64,000 nucleotides of DNA from Leptolyngbyaceae cyanobacterium clean351 (GTDB lineage Bacteria; Cyanobacteriota; Cyanobacteriia; DAIDHW01): the NCBI GenBank assembly GCA_027451865.1, contig DAIDHW010000001.1:81798-145797 (forward strand), read 5' to 3'. The translations under genes were made by a program, and so were the position numbers. The notes under the pieces are model-generated. The model was not told where the DNA came from. It ran no database searches and saw only the letters and a program-made list of their open reading frames with translations. The first letter of the stretch is position 1; each line of letters starts with the position of its first letter. This document shows positions 39,301-48,102 of this stretch, piece by piece.

Positions 39301-39344
39301 CCTCCAGTTTGAAAGTTTGTCAAGGAACTCCCCTCTCCAGGCAA
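36321..39344 (-). CDS. Large (1007 aa) protein of unknown function. Its C-terminal region has PIWI-domain-like motifs (see findings)
   Basis: A long ORF with host-typical codon usage, no Walker motifs and no TM segments. Near the C-terminus there is an 'HTRREG' site and a block 'IPIYSFATLHVAEESGRPQSGFCMYSWVDDQQL'. This block resembles the Argonaute PIWI '[27 protein letters not shown]' region. The start is uncertain (TTG in the ORF track). Confidence 0.8.
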   Translation of the reverse strand: MPGEGSSLTNFQTGGAQLRPKVARPALNLARLVELLGEVLQTAPPGSLCSTGDQHLRLTTDKVFALLFQHPDFKTLTDPGEGHPFIVNFPRPAPRSRCQMGATLPPGNQERLPRALDRLRAAIDQELTAALPTLPTPLLQEGDQLRALATRLRLAYRFPVAQPVNLTPLKLQTAAGASQAGLARLITAREQVETRDHFPAMVRAIGHHLEQGRDCEPELVDRACASLGVQQDDPTSQLSSFWRFLEEQVLGRIRLRIGNQIMENLAGNIPANACTAHQALSSYITRVLGLFNLVQQGEPEMEMSPQYGLRGHFSLWSQVDQVGFSYCLPVWIEPQAQMFSFQALGVEREVSYRFRVNGNNPDSGQSTFLERLAKIKTALLEDSGKVPYLESSLAQLVFLTLALPRGGGSLDQDLTQLLDRLKTEGRGLVRELLADLRQQAGLVNTIARALVEVLRTKGRQIVAQTRTQVREQFICVQRGIVNWSRLEGAEPGTKDLLIQATNPTHSPSEWLRQVQIRSRPEDQHLLFAIKVVTRIAEYDLVPEGPPLQLQIQRLPTPQFLQVGWVPSNLPLVTRDWLLPGAVRVEYDYRYLTRSQPQEEDRQRAQAHAVAITAFTVLVYTCLDCLRAHLTLKAQTWTLLMLRFQAQGQPAPGGGADYVYAAAKAISAALAQEQPTFCQGVMIDNLDPRKPTTKYVKGGAFQALACAFPLGISTGSLPHLAKLGLVSYAYRPCDELGQASHGEENCLCCTQSYSATAIDTPWPGYRLQREHRGIDLTEGQAGLQTQRLVKEEISRLASLGCEHIMLLAHTRREGRRLGLSPFPLQFLREVYQAFPGLVIYPLLRDVFPVTRLHRRTSPQAAFEVPSTLDHGALLGGRPGPGVIPIYSFATLHVAEESGRPQSGFCMYSWVDDQQLGNLNNTERPRRHLLDPEGTSPVRPCILAMLRGVHFLEAQKPGPVLDPFPWVSPSTIGAVGEVEFLHGTAAGTIVLSYPAVLMHISQVLHRRGS

Positions 39345-39465
39345 AATTTAGTCAACCTAAGCTATCAGTCTGGTGATTAACCCGGGCTGGTAGTTTATTA
39401 TAACTATTATTAGGACTACGGGGTGAATTAGTCTGGGTCGGAATTTGGACATCCCGCCCTGGAAG

Positions 39466-39897
39466 TTAAGGGTGGTAGTAGGCGCCTGGGTCGGGATAGA
39501 AAGGCTGGACCTCCGATATCACTTCTAGTCCTAGGTCCTCTAGGAGGGAGAGTAGGACTGGATCGGGAGCTAGGCGGAGGTAGCCCGGTGTAAGCTCGAG
39601 GGGGGTGTGGCGGTTGCCTAGGTGATAGGCAGCCCGCAGTAGGCTCAAGGGTTGGGAGCTGGTAACGGTTAGCACCGGTTCGGGTCGAGCAAGTACCCGC
39701 AGGGCTGGAGCCCCTGCCTGAGGAGCGAGCAGGTCACCATCCTCCAGACGCATCCCCCGGGGCAGCTGAAGCCGCACTAACTCCCCCACCGCTGTGTAGG
39801 CTATTTGTCGGGGCCGACAGCGCTCCTCAGCACTCAAGGGTAACAGCAGAAACTGGCCTTCGGCTCTAGGGAGGCGCTGGGTGAGCACCAGAGTCAT
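39466..39897 (-). CDS. ureE: Urease accessory protein UreE (nickel metallochaperone)
   Basis: The '[13 protein letters not shown]' core motif is present and the product is 143 aa. It overlaps tpiA by 4 bp. Confidence 0.75.
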   Translation of the reverse strand: MTLVLTQRLPRAEGQFLLLPLSAEERCRPRQIAYTAVGELVRLQLPRGMRLEDGDLLAPQAGAPALRVLARPEPVLTVTSSQPLSLLRAAYHLGNRHTPLELTPGYLRLAPDPVLLSLLEDLGLEVISEVQPFYPDPGAYYHP

Positions 39898-40625
39898 CGG
39901 TGCAGGTAGTTAATAATGCGTCCGAAACTCTCAGGCTCTAAACTAGCTCCGCCCACTAGTACCCCATTGATCTCGGGCTGACCCATGATCTCATCGATGT
40001 TATCTGGCTTAACTGACCCGCCGTACTGAATACAGACCTGTTGATTGGCCAGTTGGCGGCGGATTAAAGCAACTACCCGGTTTGCCTCGACTGCTTCACA
40101 GGTATCACCTGTGCCAATTGCCCAAATGGGCTCGTAGGCAACTACCAAATTATTTTGGTCGATGCCCTCCAGGGCCACTTCAAGTTGATGAAGGATCACC
40201 GCCTCAGCCTCCCCTTGATCCCGCTGGTCCTTGGTTTCTCCAACGCAGAGGATAGGGGTGAGGCCACTAGCCTGGGCGGCTCGTAAGCGTCCATTGACAG
40301 TTTGGTCAGTCTCACCAAAGTATTGTCGTCGTTCACTGTGCCCGACAATTACGTAACGCACTCCCAGTTCCACTAACATGGGGGCAGATATCTCCCCAGT
40401 AAAAGCCCCCCCCTCTGCCCAGTGTAGGTTTTGTGCCCCCAGCAAAACTCGGCTACCGTGCAGGTGCTGACTGACTACCGCCAAGTCGGTAAAGGGTACG
40501 CATAGGACCACCCCCCGCTCAGGGGTATTCAGGTCTAAACAGGGGAGAAACCTTTGGCAAAATTCCCGGGCTTGGGCCTGGGTTTTATACATTTTCCAGT
40601 TGCCAGCTATCAGTATCTTGGGCAC
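39894..40625 (-). CDS. tpiA: Triose-phosphate isomerase
   Basis: The '[12 protein letters not shown]' N-terminus, catalytic 'VIVGHSERR' and '[11 protein letters not shown]' are present. The GTG at 40625 gives a canonical length of about 243 aa, whereas the ORF track extends to a TTG at 40718. Confidence 0.88.
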   Translation of the reverse strand: MPKILIAGNWKMYKTQAQAREFCQRFLPCLDLNTPERGVVLCVPFTDLAVVSQHLHGSRVLLGAQNLHWAEGGAFTGEISAPMLVELGVRYVIVGHSERRQYFGETDQTVNGRLRAAQASGLTPILCVGETKDQRDQGEAEAVILHQLEVALEGIDQNNLVVAYEPIWAIGTGDTCEAVEANRVVALIRRQLANQQVCIQYGGSVKPDNIDEIMGQPEINGVLVGGASLEPESFGRIINYLHR

Positions 40626-40771
40626 AGTGAAAGGATATACAAGGACACTTAACAAGTTTAAGGTGTTTTGTCGGCTGCTTGAAGGGCAATTGCCTTGGGC
40701 CAATGGGGATTTAGTCAACTACAATAGATAATCACGCCTTATTCGAACCCTAATCCAAGTCTCGGTAAACC

Positions 40772-41488
40772 TTGGCACGCAAGCACCACCTCCCTGAGGA
40801 AATTTCCCCCCCCGATGATCCCTGGCAGCCCCAGATAGCTGCGGTGGCTGCGCGATTCAACCGGGAGTACCGGGGCGAGAAGATTGACCTGCCTGCGGAA
40901 GTTACTGACATGCCTATCCACGGGGAGTATCGGTCCGGGGCCCTCCAGAGCCGTCTAGTCTCCCCGTTTTGGGAGTTAGCACAACCCCAAAAAAACCAGC
41001 ACTGCCTTGACATCGGCTGTGGGGTCGGCTTCCTGGTCTACCCCTGGCGAGAGTGGGGAGCCTACTTCCACGGCCAGGAGGTGAGTAGTGTTGCCCAGGA
41101 ATGCTTACAGGCTCGCGGCCCGCAACTGAACTCTAAGTTGTTTAAGGGGGTAGTTCTGGGGCCAGCCCATCAACTCTCCCAAGCCCCCGCTAGCTTTGAC
41201 CTAGTGATTGCTACTGGCCTCAGCTGCTACTACCGGTGTGAGTACTGGCAGCTAGTTCTCGGGCAGGTTCAGCGTGTGCTCAAGCCGGGAGGATCTTTTG
41301 TGTTTGATATCCTGGATCCTACCCAGCCCCTAGCTGAAAACTGGGCTATTCTAGAGACTTACCTCGGCGCCGAAGTCTTCCTAGAACCCCTAGCCACCTG
41401 GGAGCAGGTAATTCAAGCCAGCGGGGGCAAAACTGCCGCGACCAAACCGGCGGAGCTATTTCGCTTGTACAAAGTCCACTTTAGTTAG
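40772..41488 (+). CDS. Class I SAM-dependent methyltransferase
   Basis: Motif I is '[16 protein letters not shown]', and '[12 protein letters not shown]' follows. The start is uncertain (TTG). Confidence 0.7.
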   Translation: MARKHHLPEEISPPDDPWQPQIAAVAARFNREYRGEKIDLPAEVTDMPIHGEYRSGALQSRLVSPFWELAQPQKNQHCLDIGCGVGFLVYPWREWGAYFHGQEVSSVAQECLQARGPQLNSKLFKGVVLGPAHQLSQAPASFDLVIATGLSCYYRCEYWQLVLGQVQRVLKPGGSFVFDILDPTQPLAENWAILETYLGAEVFLEPLATWEQVIQASGGKTAATKPAELFRLYKVHFS

Positions 41489-41505
41489 TTAGCTTAGCCA
41501 CGCCC

Positions 41506-42672
41506 ATGAAACTGGCCGCCCGCATTAGTCAGGTTACTCCCTCCCTCACCTTAGCGATCTCTACCAAGGCCCAGGCCATGCGGGCTGAGGGTCTAGATGT
41601 GTGTAGCTTCAGTGCTGGAGAGCCTGACTTTGCTACTCCAGAGCATATCAAGAGGGCAGCCCAAGTGGCCCTAGACCAAGGTAAGACCCGTTACGGTCCG
41701 GCTGCCGGAGAGCCAAGGCTGCGCTCCGCTCTAGTAGCCAAGCTCCAGCGGGACAATAACCTTACCTATCATCCGGAGGAAGTCCTCGTGTCCAACGGCG
41801 GCAAGCACTCCCTATTTAACTTGATGTCTGCCCTGTTGGACCCTGGCGATGAGGTAATCATTCCTGCCCCCTACTGGGTAAGTTACCCAGAAATAGTCAA
41901 ACTAGCGGGGGGGACCCCAGTGGTAGTGCCCACCCAGGCCGCCCACGGGTATCGCATCACCCCCCAGCAACTACAAGAGGCCATCACTCCCCGGACTCGC
42001 CTGTTTGTGCTCAACTCCCCTGGGAATCCCACGGGGGCAGTGTACAGCTTGTCAGATTTAACGGCCCTAGCCCAGGTAGTGGTAGCGGCGGACATTCTGG
42101 TGGTGGCCGATGAGATCTACGAGAAGATCGTCTACGACAATGCTCAGCACATTAGCATCGGCTCCCTAAACCCAGAAATTTTCCACCGGACTATTGTCAG
42201 TAATGGGTTTGCTAAGGCCTACTCCATGACTGGCTGGCGGGTCGGTTACCTAGCCGGCCCCCTGGATCTGGTCAAAGCTGCCACCACCGTCCAAGGCCAC
42301 AGTACCTCCAACGTCTGCACCTTTGCTCAGTACGGAGCAATTGCAGCTCTTGAGGGCCCCCAAACCTGTGTTGAGCAGATGCGCAGCGCCTTCAGTGAGC
42401 GGCGGCAGGTGATGTTATCAGCCCTCAACGCCCTACCCGGGTTATCTTGTCCTCGGCCAGACGGAGCCTTTTACATGTTCTGCAGTATCGCCGCCACCGG
42501 CAAGAGTTCCCTAGAGTTCTGTGCTGACCTGTTAGAGTCACAACTAGTTGCCGCCGTCCCCGGCATTGCCTTTGGTGCTGATGATCATATTCGTTTGTCC
42601 TACGCCACGGATTTAGCGACGATTGAGAAGGGTATGGAGCGCTTGGGAGCCTTCCTGCGCAGCCGGTTCTGA
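41506..42672 (+). CDS. Pyridoxal-phosphate-dependent aminotransferase, class I (aspartate aminotransferase-like)
   Basis: It has the '[19 protein letters not shown]' and '[12 protein letters not shown]' motifs and a PLP Lys in '[17 protein letters not shown]'. Confidence 0.88.
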   Translation: MKLAARISQVTPSLTLAISTKAQAMRAEGLDVCSFSAGEPDFATPEHIKRAAQVALDQGKTRYGPAAGEPRLRSALVAKLQRDNNLTYHPEEVLVSNGGKHSLFNLMSALLDPGDEVIIPAPYWVSYPEIVKLAGGTPVVVPTQAAHGYRITPQQLQEAITPRTRLFVLNSPGNPTGAVYSLSDLTALAQVVVAADILVVADEIYEKIVYDNAQHISIGSLNPEIFHRTIVSNGFAKAYSMTGWRVGYLAGPLDLVKAATTVQGHSTSNVCTFAQYGAIAALEGPQTCVEQMRSAFSERRQVMLSALNALPGLSCPRPDGAFYMFCSIAATGKSSLEFCADLLESQLVAAVPGIAFGADDHIRLSYATDLATIEKGMERLGAFLRSRF

Positions 42673-42675
42673 GCC

Positions 42676-43143
42676 ATGGCCTCCCCCTCCACCGGTTATA
42701 AAGTCCTGAGCGACAATCGTCAGGCCCGCTATCAGTACGAGATTTTAGAAACCTACGAAGCGGGGATTGAACTTAAAGGTACTGAGGTCAAGTCAGTTTC
42801 CCAGGGGAAGGTCAACCTCCGCGATGGTTACGGCCTGATTCGAGACGGGGAGATTTGGCTCATCAACGTCCACATCTCCCCTCACCAAAGTGCTGGGAGC
42901 TTCTTTAACCACGACCCGCGCCGTAATCGTAAATTACTTCTACACCGTCAGGAGATCAACAAACTAATTGGCAAGGTAGAACAGCAGGGTCTCACCCTGG
43001 TCCCCCTCCAGATGTACATGAAAAATGGTCGGGTTAAGGTTTCCCTAGCTCTGGGTCGAGGGAAAAAACTCCACGACAAACGAGAGGACCTCAAGCGCCG
43101 ACAGGACCAGCGGGAGATCAACCGGGCCATGAAAACCTACTAA
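42676..43143 (+). CDS. smpB: SsrA-binding protein
   Basis: 'YEILETYEAGIELKGTEVKS' and the C-terminal basic tail match SmpB, and the product is 155 aa. Confidence 0.9.
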   Translation: MASPSTGYKVLSDNRQARYQYEILETYEAGIELKGTEVKSVSQGKVNLRDGYGLIRDGEIWLINVHISPHQSAGSFFNHDPRRNRKLLLHRQEINKLIGKVEQQGLTLVPLQMYMKNGRVKVSLALGRGKKLHDKREDLKRRQDQREINRAMKTY

Positions 43144-43151
43144 ACACTACC

Positions 43152-43628
43152 ATGGGTGCACTAGGCAGAAAACTGTTACTGAACCTGGGGGTAGCCCTGA
43201 CCCTCGGGGTGCTGGGGGCAAACTTGGCAGGAGCAGCGCCCCCGCCGACGGGGGTAGCCAAGCTTACCCCCGAGGCTATCCGTCAACTACCTAACTGGGT
43301 AAACCTAGACCAGGAAAATATTGGCGGGGAGTTAGTTCAGGTGCGCTGGTCTCCTCGTCGCACCCAAGTGATCGAGCCCGGCAAGCTCTACGACGTGGTG
43401 CTCGAAACCAAACTGGCCCCTGGTCCCCAGGAACCAGCTGGAGTCAAGAGCCGGGCGGTATGGCGGCTTGACTGTCCGAGCCAAACCGTCAGCCTTCAGC
43501 AAGTGCAAGTCTACGAGCACCACGGTTGGAGTTTTCTCCAGGACTACAAGCCAGGTCCCTTCATGACCCCAGTTGACCCCCAGGATCCAAGTGCCCTGGT
43601 GCTCCAGGCGGTGTGCGGCGGGGGTTAG
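43152..43628 (+). CDS. Secreted hypothetical protein
   Basis: It has a signal peptide '[22 protein letters not shown]' and no recognised family. It converges on apcD with a 4-bp overlap. Confidence 0.55.
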   Translation: MGALGRKLLLNLGVALTLGVLGANLAGAAPPPTGVAKLTPEAIRQLPNWVNLDQENIGGELVQVRWSPRRTQVIEPGKLYDVVLETKLAPGPQEPAGVKSRAVWRLDCPSQTVSLQQVQVYEHHGWSFLQDYKPGPFMTPVDPQDPSALVLQAVCGGG

Positions 43629-44110
43629 GAGAGAGCCTGGACGAGGTAATCAAAGTAGGGGGCAGCTTGGGCCCCTTCCTCGGCGCTGAGCAGTTCCAGG
43701 GAAGCATTTTTGAGACACCGTACGGCTTCGGCCATACCCGGCACGGGCACTCCTAAGGAGTTGTACATTTCCCGGGCCCCGATCACCCCAATGGTCTCAA
43801 TGGGGGTAGTGTCCCCTGCTAGTAAACCGTAGGTAATAAGACGCAAATACCAGCCGTAGTCGCGCAAGCACAAAGCCCGCTGCCTTTCGCCTGCAGCATT
43901 CCCCCCTGGGGCAATAAAATCTGGCCGCTGACGCCAAAGTTGTCGACTAGCTTCCTGGACGATTTTGCGCTCATTTTCCGCCAGGCGGGTGGCCACCTGG
44001 ACCCGTTGGAGGCCGGTCTGGAAAAAATCTTGAATCAAACTCAACTCACCGGTGCTGGGGTAGCGCAACTCATCGTCGGCTCTCAGGATCACTTGGCTAA
44101 CTACACTCAT
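43625..44110 (-). CDS. apcD: Allophycocyanin alpha-B subunit
   Basis: The 161-aa product runs '[23 protein letters not shown]...' to '[11 protein letters not shown]', and has the chromophore-Cys context '[18 protein letters not shown]'. Confidence 0.9.
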   Translation of the reverse strand: MSVVSQVILRADDELRYPSTGELSLIQDFFQTGLQRVQVATRLAENERKIVQEASRQLWRQRPDFIAPGGNAAGERQRALCLRDYGWYLRLITYGLLAGDTTPIETIGVIGAREMYNSLGVPVPGMAEAVRCLKNASLELLSAEEGAQAAPYFDYLVQALS

Positions 44111-44207
44111 GGTATTGCGGGGGTGTTACAAGAGTTTTCACTATCACCTATACAGTTTATCTCCGTAACCTGTCACAAGGATCAGGGGAAATTGCCAAAT
44201 TCCCCCT

Positions 44208-44319
44208 GGGCGATCCCAGGTTGAAGTATAGTGAAGGCCCTGCTGGGGAAGGTAGGCGGCTAGGCTAGCTGGCCTGAAAGTGGCGATCCCAAGTTGAAGT
44301 ATAGTGAAGACCCTGCTGA
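44208..44319. repeat. Two 39-bp imperfect direct repeats (44208-44246 and 44281-44319) in the apcD/folB divergent intergenic region
   Basis: Copy 1 is 'gggcgatcccaggttgaagtatagtgaaggccctgctgg' and copy 2 is 'tggcgatcccaagttgaagtatagtgaagaccctgctga', matching at 36/39 positions. A nearby palindrome 'ggggaaattgccaaattcccc' lies at 44185-44206. Confidence 0.8.
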
Positions 44320-44346
44320 ATACAAGTCATCCCTAGTTTACTGACC

Positions 44347-44727
44347 ATGGATTGGATTGAAATTAAAGCCTTGCACTGTTACGGATACACTGGTCTATTG
44401 CCTGAGGAGCAAGTCCTAGGCCAGTGGTTTGCGGTAGACCTGGCCCTAGAGGTGGATCTGCGCCTAGCAGGTCGTAGTGACCACCTTGAGGACACCCTAG
44501 ACTACCGGGGGGTGATTCAGGACGTCCGCTCCCTGGTAGGGTCAGCTCGCTTCGCTCTAATTGAACGTCTAGCAGCAGCGATTGCCGAGGGGGTTTTAGC
44601 CCAAGGGGTGGTGAGGCAGGTGAGGGTCCGGCTGACTAAACTCGCCCCCCCCATCCCTGACTTTGGGGGTCAGATTACAATAGAAATCTGTCGCCACCAA
44701 TTGCACGAGGAATTATCACCCCCATGA
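44347..44727 (+). CDS. folB: Dihydroneopterin aldolase
   Basis: The sequence '[31 protein letters not shown]' matches FolB, and the product is 126 aa. Confidence 0.85.
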   Translation: MDWIEIKALHCYGYTGLLPEEQVLGQWFAVDLALEVDLRLAGRSDHLEDTLDYRGVIQDVRSLVGSARFALIERLAAAIAEGVLAQGVVRQVRVRLTKLAPPIPDFGGQITIEICRHQLHEELSPP

Positions 44728-46139
44728 GCCAGGGCACCCTATTTGACAAGGTTTGGGATCTGCACACTGTTGCCACCCTTCCCTCCGGTCAAACTCAGCT
44801 TTTCATTGGTCTACATCTGATCCACGAGGTGACTAGCCCCCAGGCCTTTGCTATGCTCCGGGAGCGGGGCCTGAGCGTGCCCTTTCCTAGTCGGACGGTC
44901 GCCACCGTAGACCACATCATCCCCACGGACAACCAGGCTCGCCCCTTTGCAGATCAGTTGGCAGAGGAGATGATTCAGGCTCTGGAGCGCAATTGCCAAG
45001 ACTTCGGAATTCAGTTTTACCAAGTAGGAAGTGGTCGGCAGGGGATTGTCCACGTGATCGCTCCAGAACTCGGGTTAACCCAACCAGGCATGACCATTGC
45101 CTGCGGAGACAGTCATACTTCCACCCACGGGGCCTTTGGAGCCATTGCCTTCGGGATTGGTACTAGTCAGGTCCGGGATGTGCTTGCTTCCCAAACCCTA
45201 GCCCTACCCAAATTAAAGGTGCGGCGGGTGGAAGTTAACGGGTCTTTGCCCCCTGGGGTTTACGCCAAGGATGTAATCCTGCACGTCATCCGGCACCTGG
45301 GAGTACAGGGCGGAGTCGGCTACGCCTACGAGTTCGGCGGCAGTACCCTAGCGGCTATGGGTATGGAGGAGCGGATGACCATCTGCAACATGGCTATTGA
45401 GGGAGGCGCCCGTTGTGGCTACGTTAACCCCGATGCGACAACTTTTACCTACCTGCAGGGCCGAGAATTTGCCCCCCGGGGAAAGGCTTGGGATGAAGCA
45501 CTAGCTTGGTGGAGCAGCATTGCCAGTGATGAAGATGCTGTGTACGACGACCGAGTAGTTTTCGCCGCTGAGAACATTCCTCCTACTATCACTTGGGGCA
45601 TCACCCCGGGCCAGGGGATCGGCGTTGATGAAGTAGTTCCAGTCCTAGAGAACCTCCCGCCCGCGGACCAGCCGATCGCTCAGGAGGCTTACCGTTACAT
45701 GCAACTAAGCCCGGGCCAGCCGATTCAGGGCACTCGGGTTGATGTATGCTTTGTCGGCAGCTGCACCAACGGCCGCCTTTCTGACCTGCGGGAGGCTGCT
45801 CGGGTAGCTCAGGGGCGGCGGGTGGCCACCGGGGTAAAAGCTTTTATTGTCCCTGGCTCGGAACAGGTTAAGCACCAGGCAGAGGCGGAGGGGCTAGACC
45901 AGGTATTTCTAGCTGCTGGCTTCGAGTGGCGTCAGGCTGGGTGTTCTCTGTGTTTGGCTATGAATCCCGACCAACTCCAGGGGGATCAGATCAGCGCCTC
46001 CTCCTCCAATCGTAACTTTAAGGGCCGGCAGGGCTCCTCTACCGGCCGCACCCTCCTGATGAGCCCTGCTATGGTGGTGGCAGCAGCAGTAACTGGTCAA
46101 GTGACGGATGTGCGCAAACTGCTAGGAATGACCAACTAG
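44724..46139 (+). CDS. leuC: 3-isopropylmalate dehydratase large subunit
   Basis: It has 'LFDKVWDLH', '[11 protein letters not shown]' and the Fe-S Cys motifs 'VGSCTNGR...CSLCLAMN'. It overlaps folB by 4 bp. Confidence 0.92.
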   Translation: MSQGTLFDKVWDLHTVATLPSGQTQLFIGLHLIHEVTSPQAFAMLRERGLSVPFPSRTVATVDHIIPTDNQARPFADQLAEEMIQALERNCQDFGIQFYQVGSGRQGIVHVIAPELGLTQPGMTIACGDSHTSTHGAFGAIAFGIGTSQVRDVLASQTLALPKLKVRRVEVNGSLPPGVYAKDVILHVIRHLGVQGGVGYAYEFGGSTLAAMGMEERMTICNMAIEGGARCGYVNPDATTFTYLQGREFAPRGKAWDEALAWWSSIASDEDAVYDDRVVFAAENIPPTITWGITPGQGIGVDEVVPVLENLPPADQPIAQEAYRYMQLSPGQPIQGTRVDVCFVGSCTNGRLSDLREAARVAQGRRVATGVKAFIVPGSEQVKHQAEAEGLDQVFLAAGFEWRQAGCSLCLAMNPDQLQGDQISASSSNRNFKGRQGSSTGRTLLMSPAMVVAAAVTGQVTDVRKLLGMTN

Positions 46140-47131
46140 CCATGGCGCTTTTGGTGCCAGGCCCAGGCGTGCTCTAGTATTTGCTCGAGTTGCGGATACT
46201 GGGGCACCCAGCCTAGGACTGACTGGGCTTTAGCACTGCTCCCCACCAGGATCGGTGGGTCCCCGGGCCGCCGGGGAGCTGGGGAGGTGGGGATAATCCG
46301 GCCACTAACCTGGGCGGCCGTGTCGATTACCTGGCGCACCGAGAAGCCCTGACCATTACCTAGATTGAAGGCTGTCGACTTGCCACCCCCAAGCAGGTAT
46401 TCCAAGCCTAGGATGTGGGCTGCGGCGAGGTCCGCCACGTGGATATAATCCCGGATACAGGTGCCGTCCGGGGTAGGATAGTCTTCGCCAAAGATTTTCA
46501 CCCCCGGTAACTTGCCTAGAGCACTCAACAAGACTAGGGGAATTAGATGAGTCTCGGGGTTGTGGTCCTCCCCTAGGCGGCCGGCCGGGTCGGCACCGGC
46601 GGCGTTGAAGTAACGGAAGATTACTGTCTCCAGACCGTAGGCAGCCGCATAGTCTAGCATGGCTCGTTCCACCATCAGCTTACCGGCACCGTAGGGATTG
46701 ATAGGGACTTGGGAGTGCTCCTCCGGAATCGGCAGGGTCTGGGGCAGGCCATAGGTAGCACAGGTGGAGGAAAAGACAAAGTGCTCAACCCCAGCTGTGT
46801 AGGCCGCATCTAGGAGGTTCAGACTACCAATAACGTTGTTGCGGTAGTACTTGGCCGGGTCCTGGACCGATTCGCCGACGTAGGTGAAGGCAGCGAAGTG
46901 CATCACTGCCCCTGGGGCTTGGTCGGTAAATAACTGCTGTAGTAAGGACCGGTCCTGCATGTCTCCTACTATCAAGGGCACCCGCAAAACCGACTCCACT
47001 AGGTCTCGGTGGCCGTAGGATAGGTTATCAAGGATGACTACCGAGTAGCCTCGCTCCTGCAGGGCTAACACCACGTGGGAGCCAATGTAACCTGCTCCCC
47101 CTGTTACCAAAACCTTGCATTCCTTGGCCAT
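46136..47131 (-). CDS. galE: UDP-glucose 4-epimerase
   Basis: The N-terminus '[16 protein letters not shown]' and the 'YGAGKLMVE' YxxxK are present, and the product is 331 aa. Confidence 0.9.
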   Translation of the reverse strand: MAKECKVLVTGGAGYIGSHVVLALQERGYSVVILDNLSYGHRDLVESVLRVPLIVGDMQDRSLLQQLFTDQAPGAVMHFAAFTYVGESVQDPAKYYRNNVIGSLNLLDAAYTAGVEHFVFSSTCATYGLPQTLPIPEEHSQVPINPYGAGKLMVERAMLDYAAAYGLETVIFRYFNAAGADPAGRLGEDHNPETHLIPLVLLSALGKLPGVKIFGEDYPTPDGTCIRDYIHVADLAAAHILGLEYLLGGGKSTAFNLGNGQGFSVRQVIDTAAQVSGRIIPTSPAPRRPGDPPILVGSSAKAQSVLGWVPQYPQLEQILEHAWAWHQKRHG

Positions 47132-47225
47132 GAGTGAAGTTGTCTAGAATTAGGGAATTAAATTAGGTTAGCAGGAGACTAGGCTTAGGGGTCTATTGGA
47201 GGGAGAATAATTGTTAGGTCAACTT

Positions 47226-47308
47226 GGGGGCATGGCGGAATGGTAGACGCTGCGGACTTAAAATCCGCTGGTAGTAATACCGTGTGGGTTCGAGTCCCAC
47301 TGCCCCCA
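47226..47308 (+). tRNA. tRNA-Leu (anticodon UAA), long variable arm, CCA not encoded
   Basis: The acceptor stem GGGGGCA pairs with TGCCCCC. The D-loop is 'ggaatggtag', the anticodon loop is 'ct-taa-aa', the variable arm is 'tggtagtaataccgtg' and the T-arm is 'gtgggttcgagtcccac'. Confidence 0.85.
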
Positions 47309-47327
47309 CTGTACTCTTGGATAGGGC

Positions 47328-48032
47328 ATGATCAACATCAAGCTGTTTGCGGACGGGGCTAACCTGGACGATATGCTGGCGGCTTACCGGGAAGGGATAG
47401 TGCAGGGGTTTACTACTAATCCCACCCTGATGCGCCGAGCCGGGATCACGGATTACGAAACCTTTGCCCGCCAGGTAGTCACTCTAATCCCAGACCGCTG
47501 TTTGTCCTTTGAGGTATTTGCCGATGATTTTACCCTTATGTATCGGCAGGCTAAGCGTATTAGTACTTGGGGTGAGCAGGTTTACGTAAAAATTCCCGTC
47601 ACCAACACCCGGGGGGAAACCGCAACCCCCCTGATTCGCCAGTTAGCCCAGGAAGGAGTGAAGTTGAATATTACGGCTGTGCTCACCCTGGAGCAAGTGA
47701 GGGCTGTTGACCAAGTCCTCTCCCCGCAGGTGCCGGCTATTGTGTCCGTGTTCGCCGGTCGAATTGCTGACACCGGTCGGGATCCAATGCCAGTCATGGG
47801 CAAGGCGGCTCAAATCCTTAAGGCTAATTCCCGGGCTGAACTGTTGTGGGCTTCCACGCGGGAGGTACTCAATATCTATCAGGCTCAGGAGTGCGGTTGT
47901 GAGATTATCACCGCCAGTAAGGACCTGATCGCCAAGTTGGCCCTGCGTGGCAAGGACCTAACGGACCTATCCCGGGAAACAGTGCAGATGTTTTATGAGG
48001 ATGCCCGCCAGTCGGGGTTCACCCTCCCCTAG
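47328..48032 (+). CDS. tal: Transaldolase-family protein (fructose-6-phosphate aldolase / TalC-like short form)
   Basis: The N-terminus 'KLFADGANLDDMLAAYREGIVQGFTTNPTLM' is present, and the product is 234 aa. Confidence 0.8.
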   Translation: MINIKLFADGANLDDMLAAYREGIVQGFTTNPTLMRRAGITDYETFARQVVTLIPDRCLSFEVFADDFTLMYRQAKRISTWGEQVYVKIPVTNTRGETATPLIRQLAQEGVKLNITAVLTLEQVRAVDQVLSPQVPAIVSVFAGRIADTGRDPMPVMGKAAQILKANSRAELLWASTREVLNIYQAQECGCEIITASKDLIAKLALRGKDLTDLSRETVQMFYEDARQSGFTLP

Positions 48033-48047
48033 AGGGGAATATATTTT
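48024..48047 (+). terminator. Short GC stem-loop plus U-rich tract at the tal stop
   Basis: The hairpin 'tcccctagagggga' is followed by 'atatatttt', and the stop codon lies inside the hairpin. The stem is short (5 bp). Confidence 0.3.
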
Positions 48048-48102
48048 ATGTCCGTAATTAATTTAGGTTAGCCTGAAAGGTAGATACTCCCCCCTCTTCC
48101 CT

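Noticed and set aside
47157-48075. Shared motif 'AATT(T)AGGTTAGC' upstream of the tRNA-Leu region (47157) and upstream of the MFS gene (48063)
   Set aside because: There are only two short copies (about 13 bp). This is too little to call a repeat family or regulatory box without genome-wide counts.
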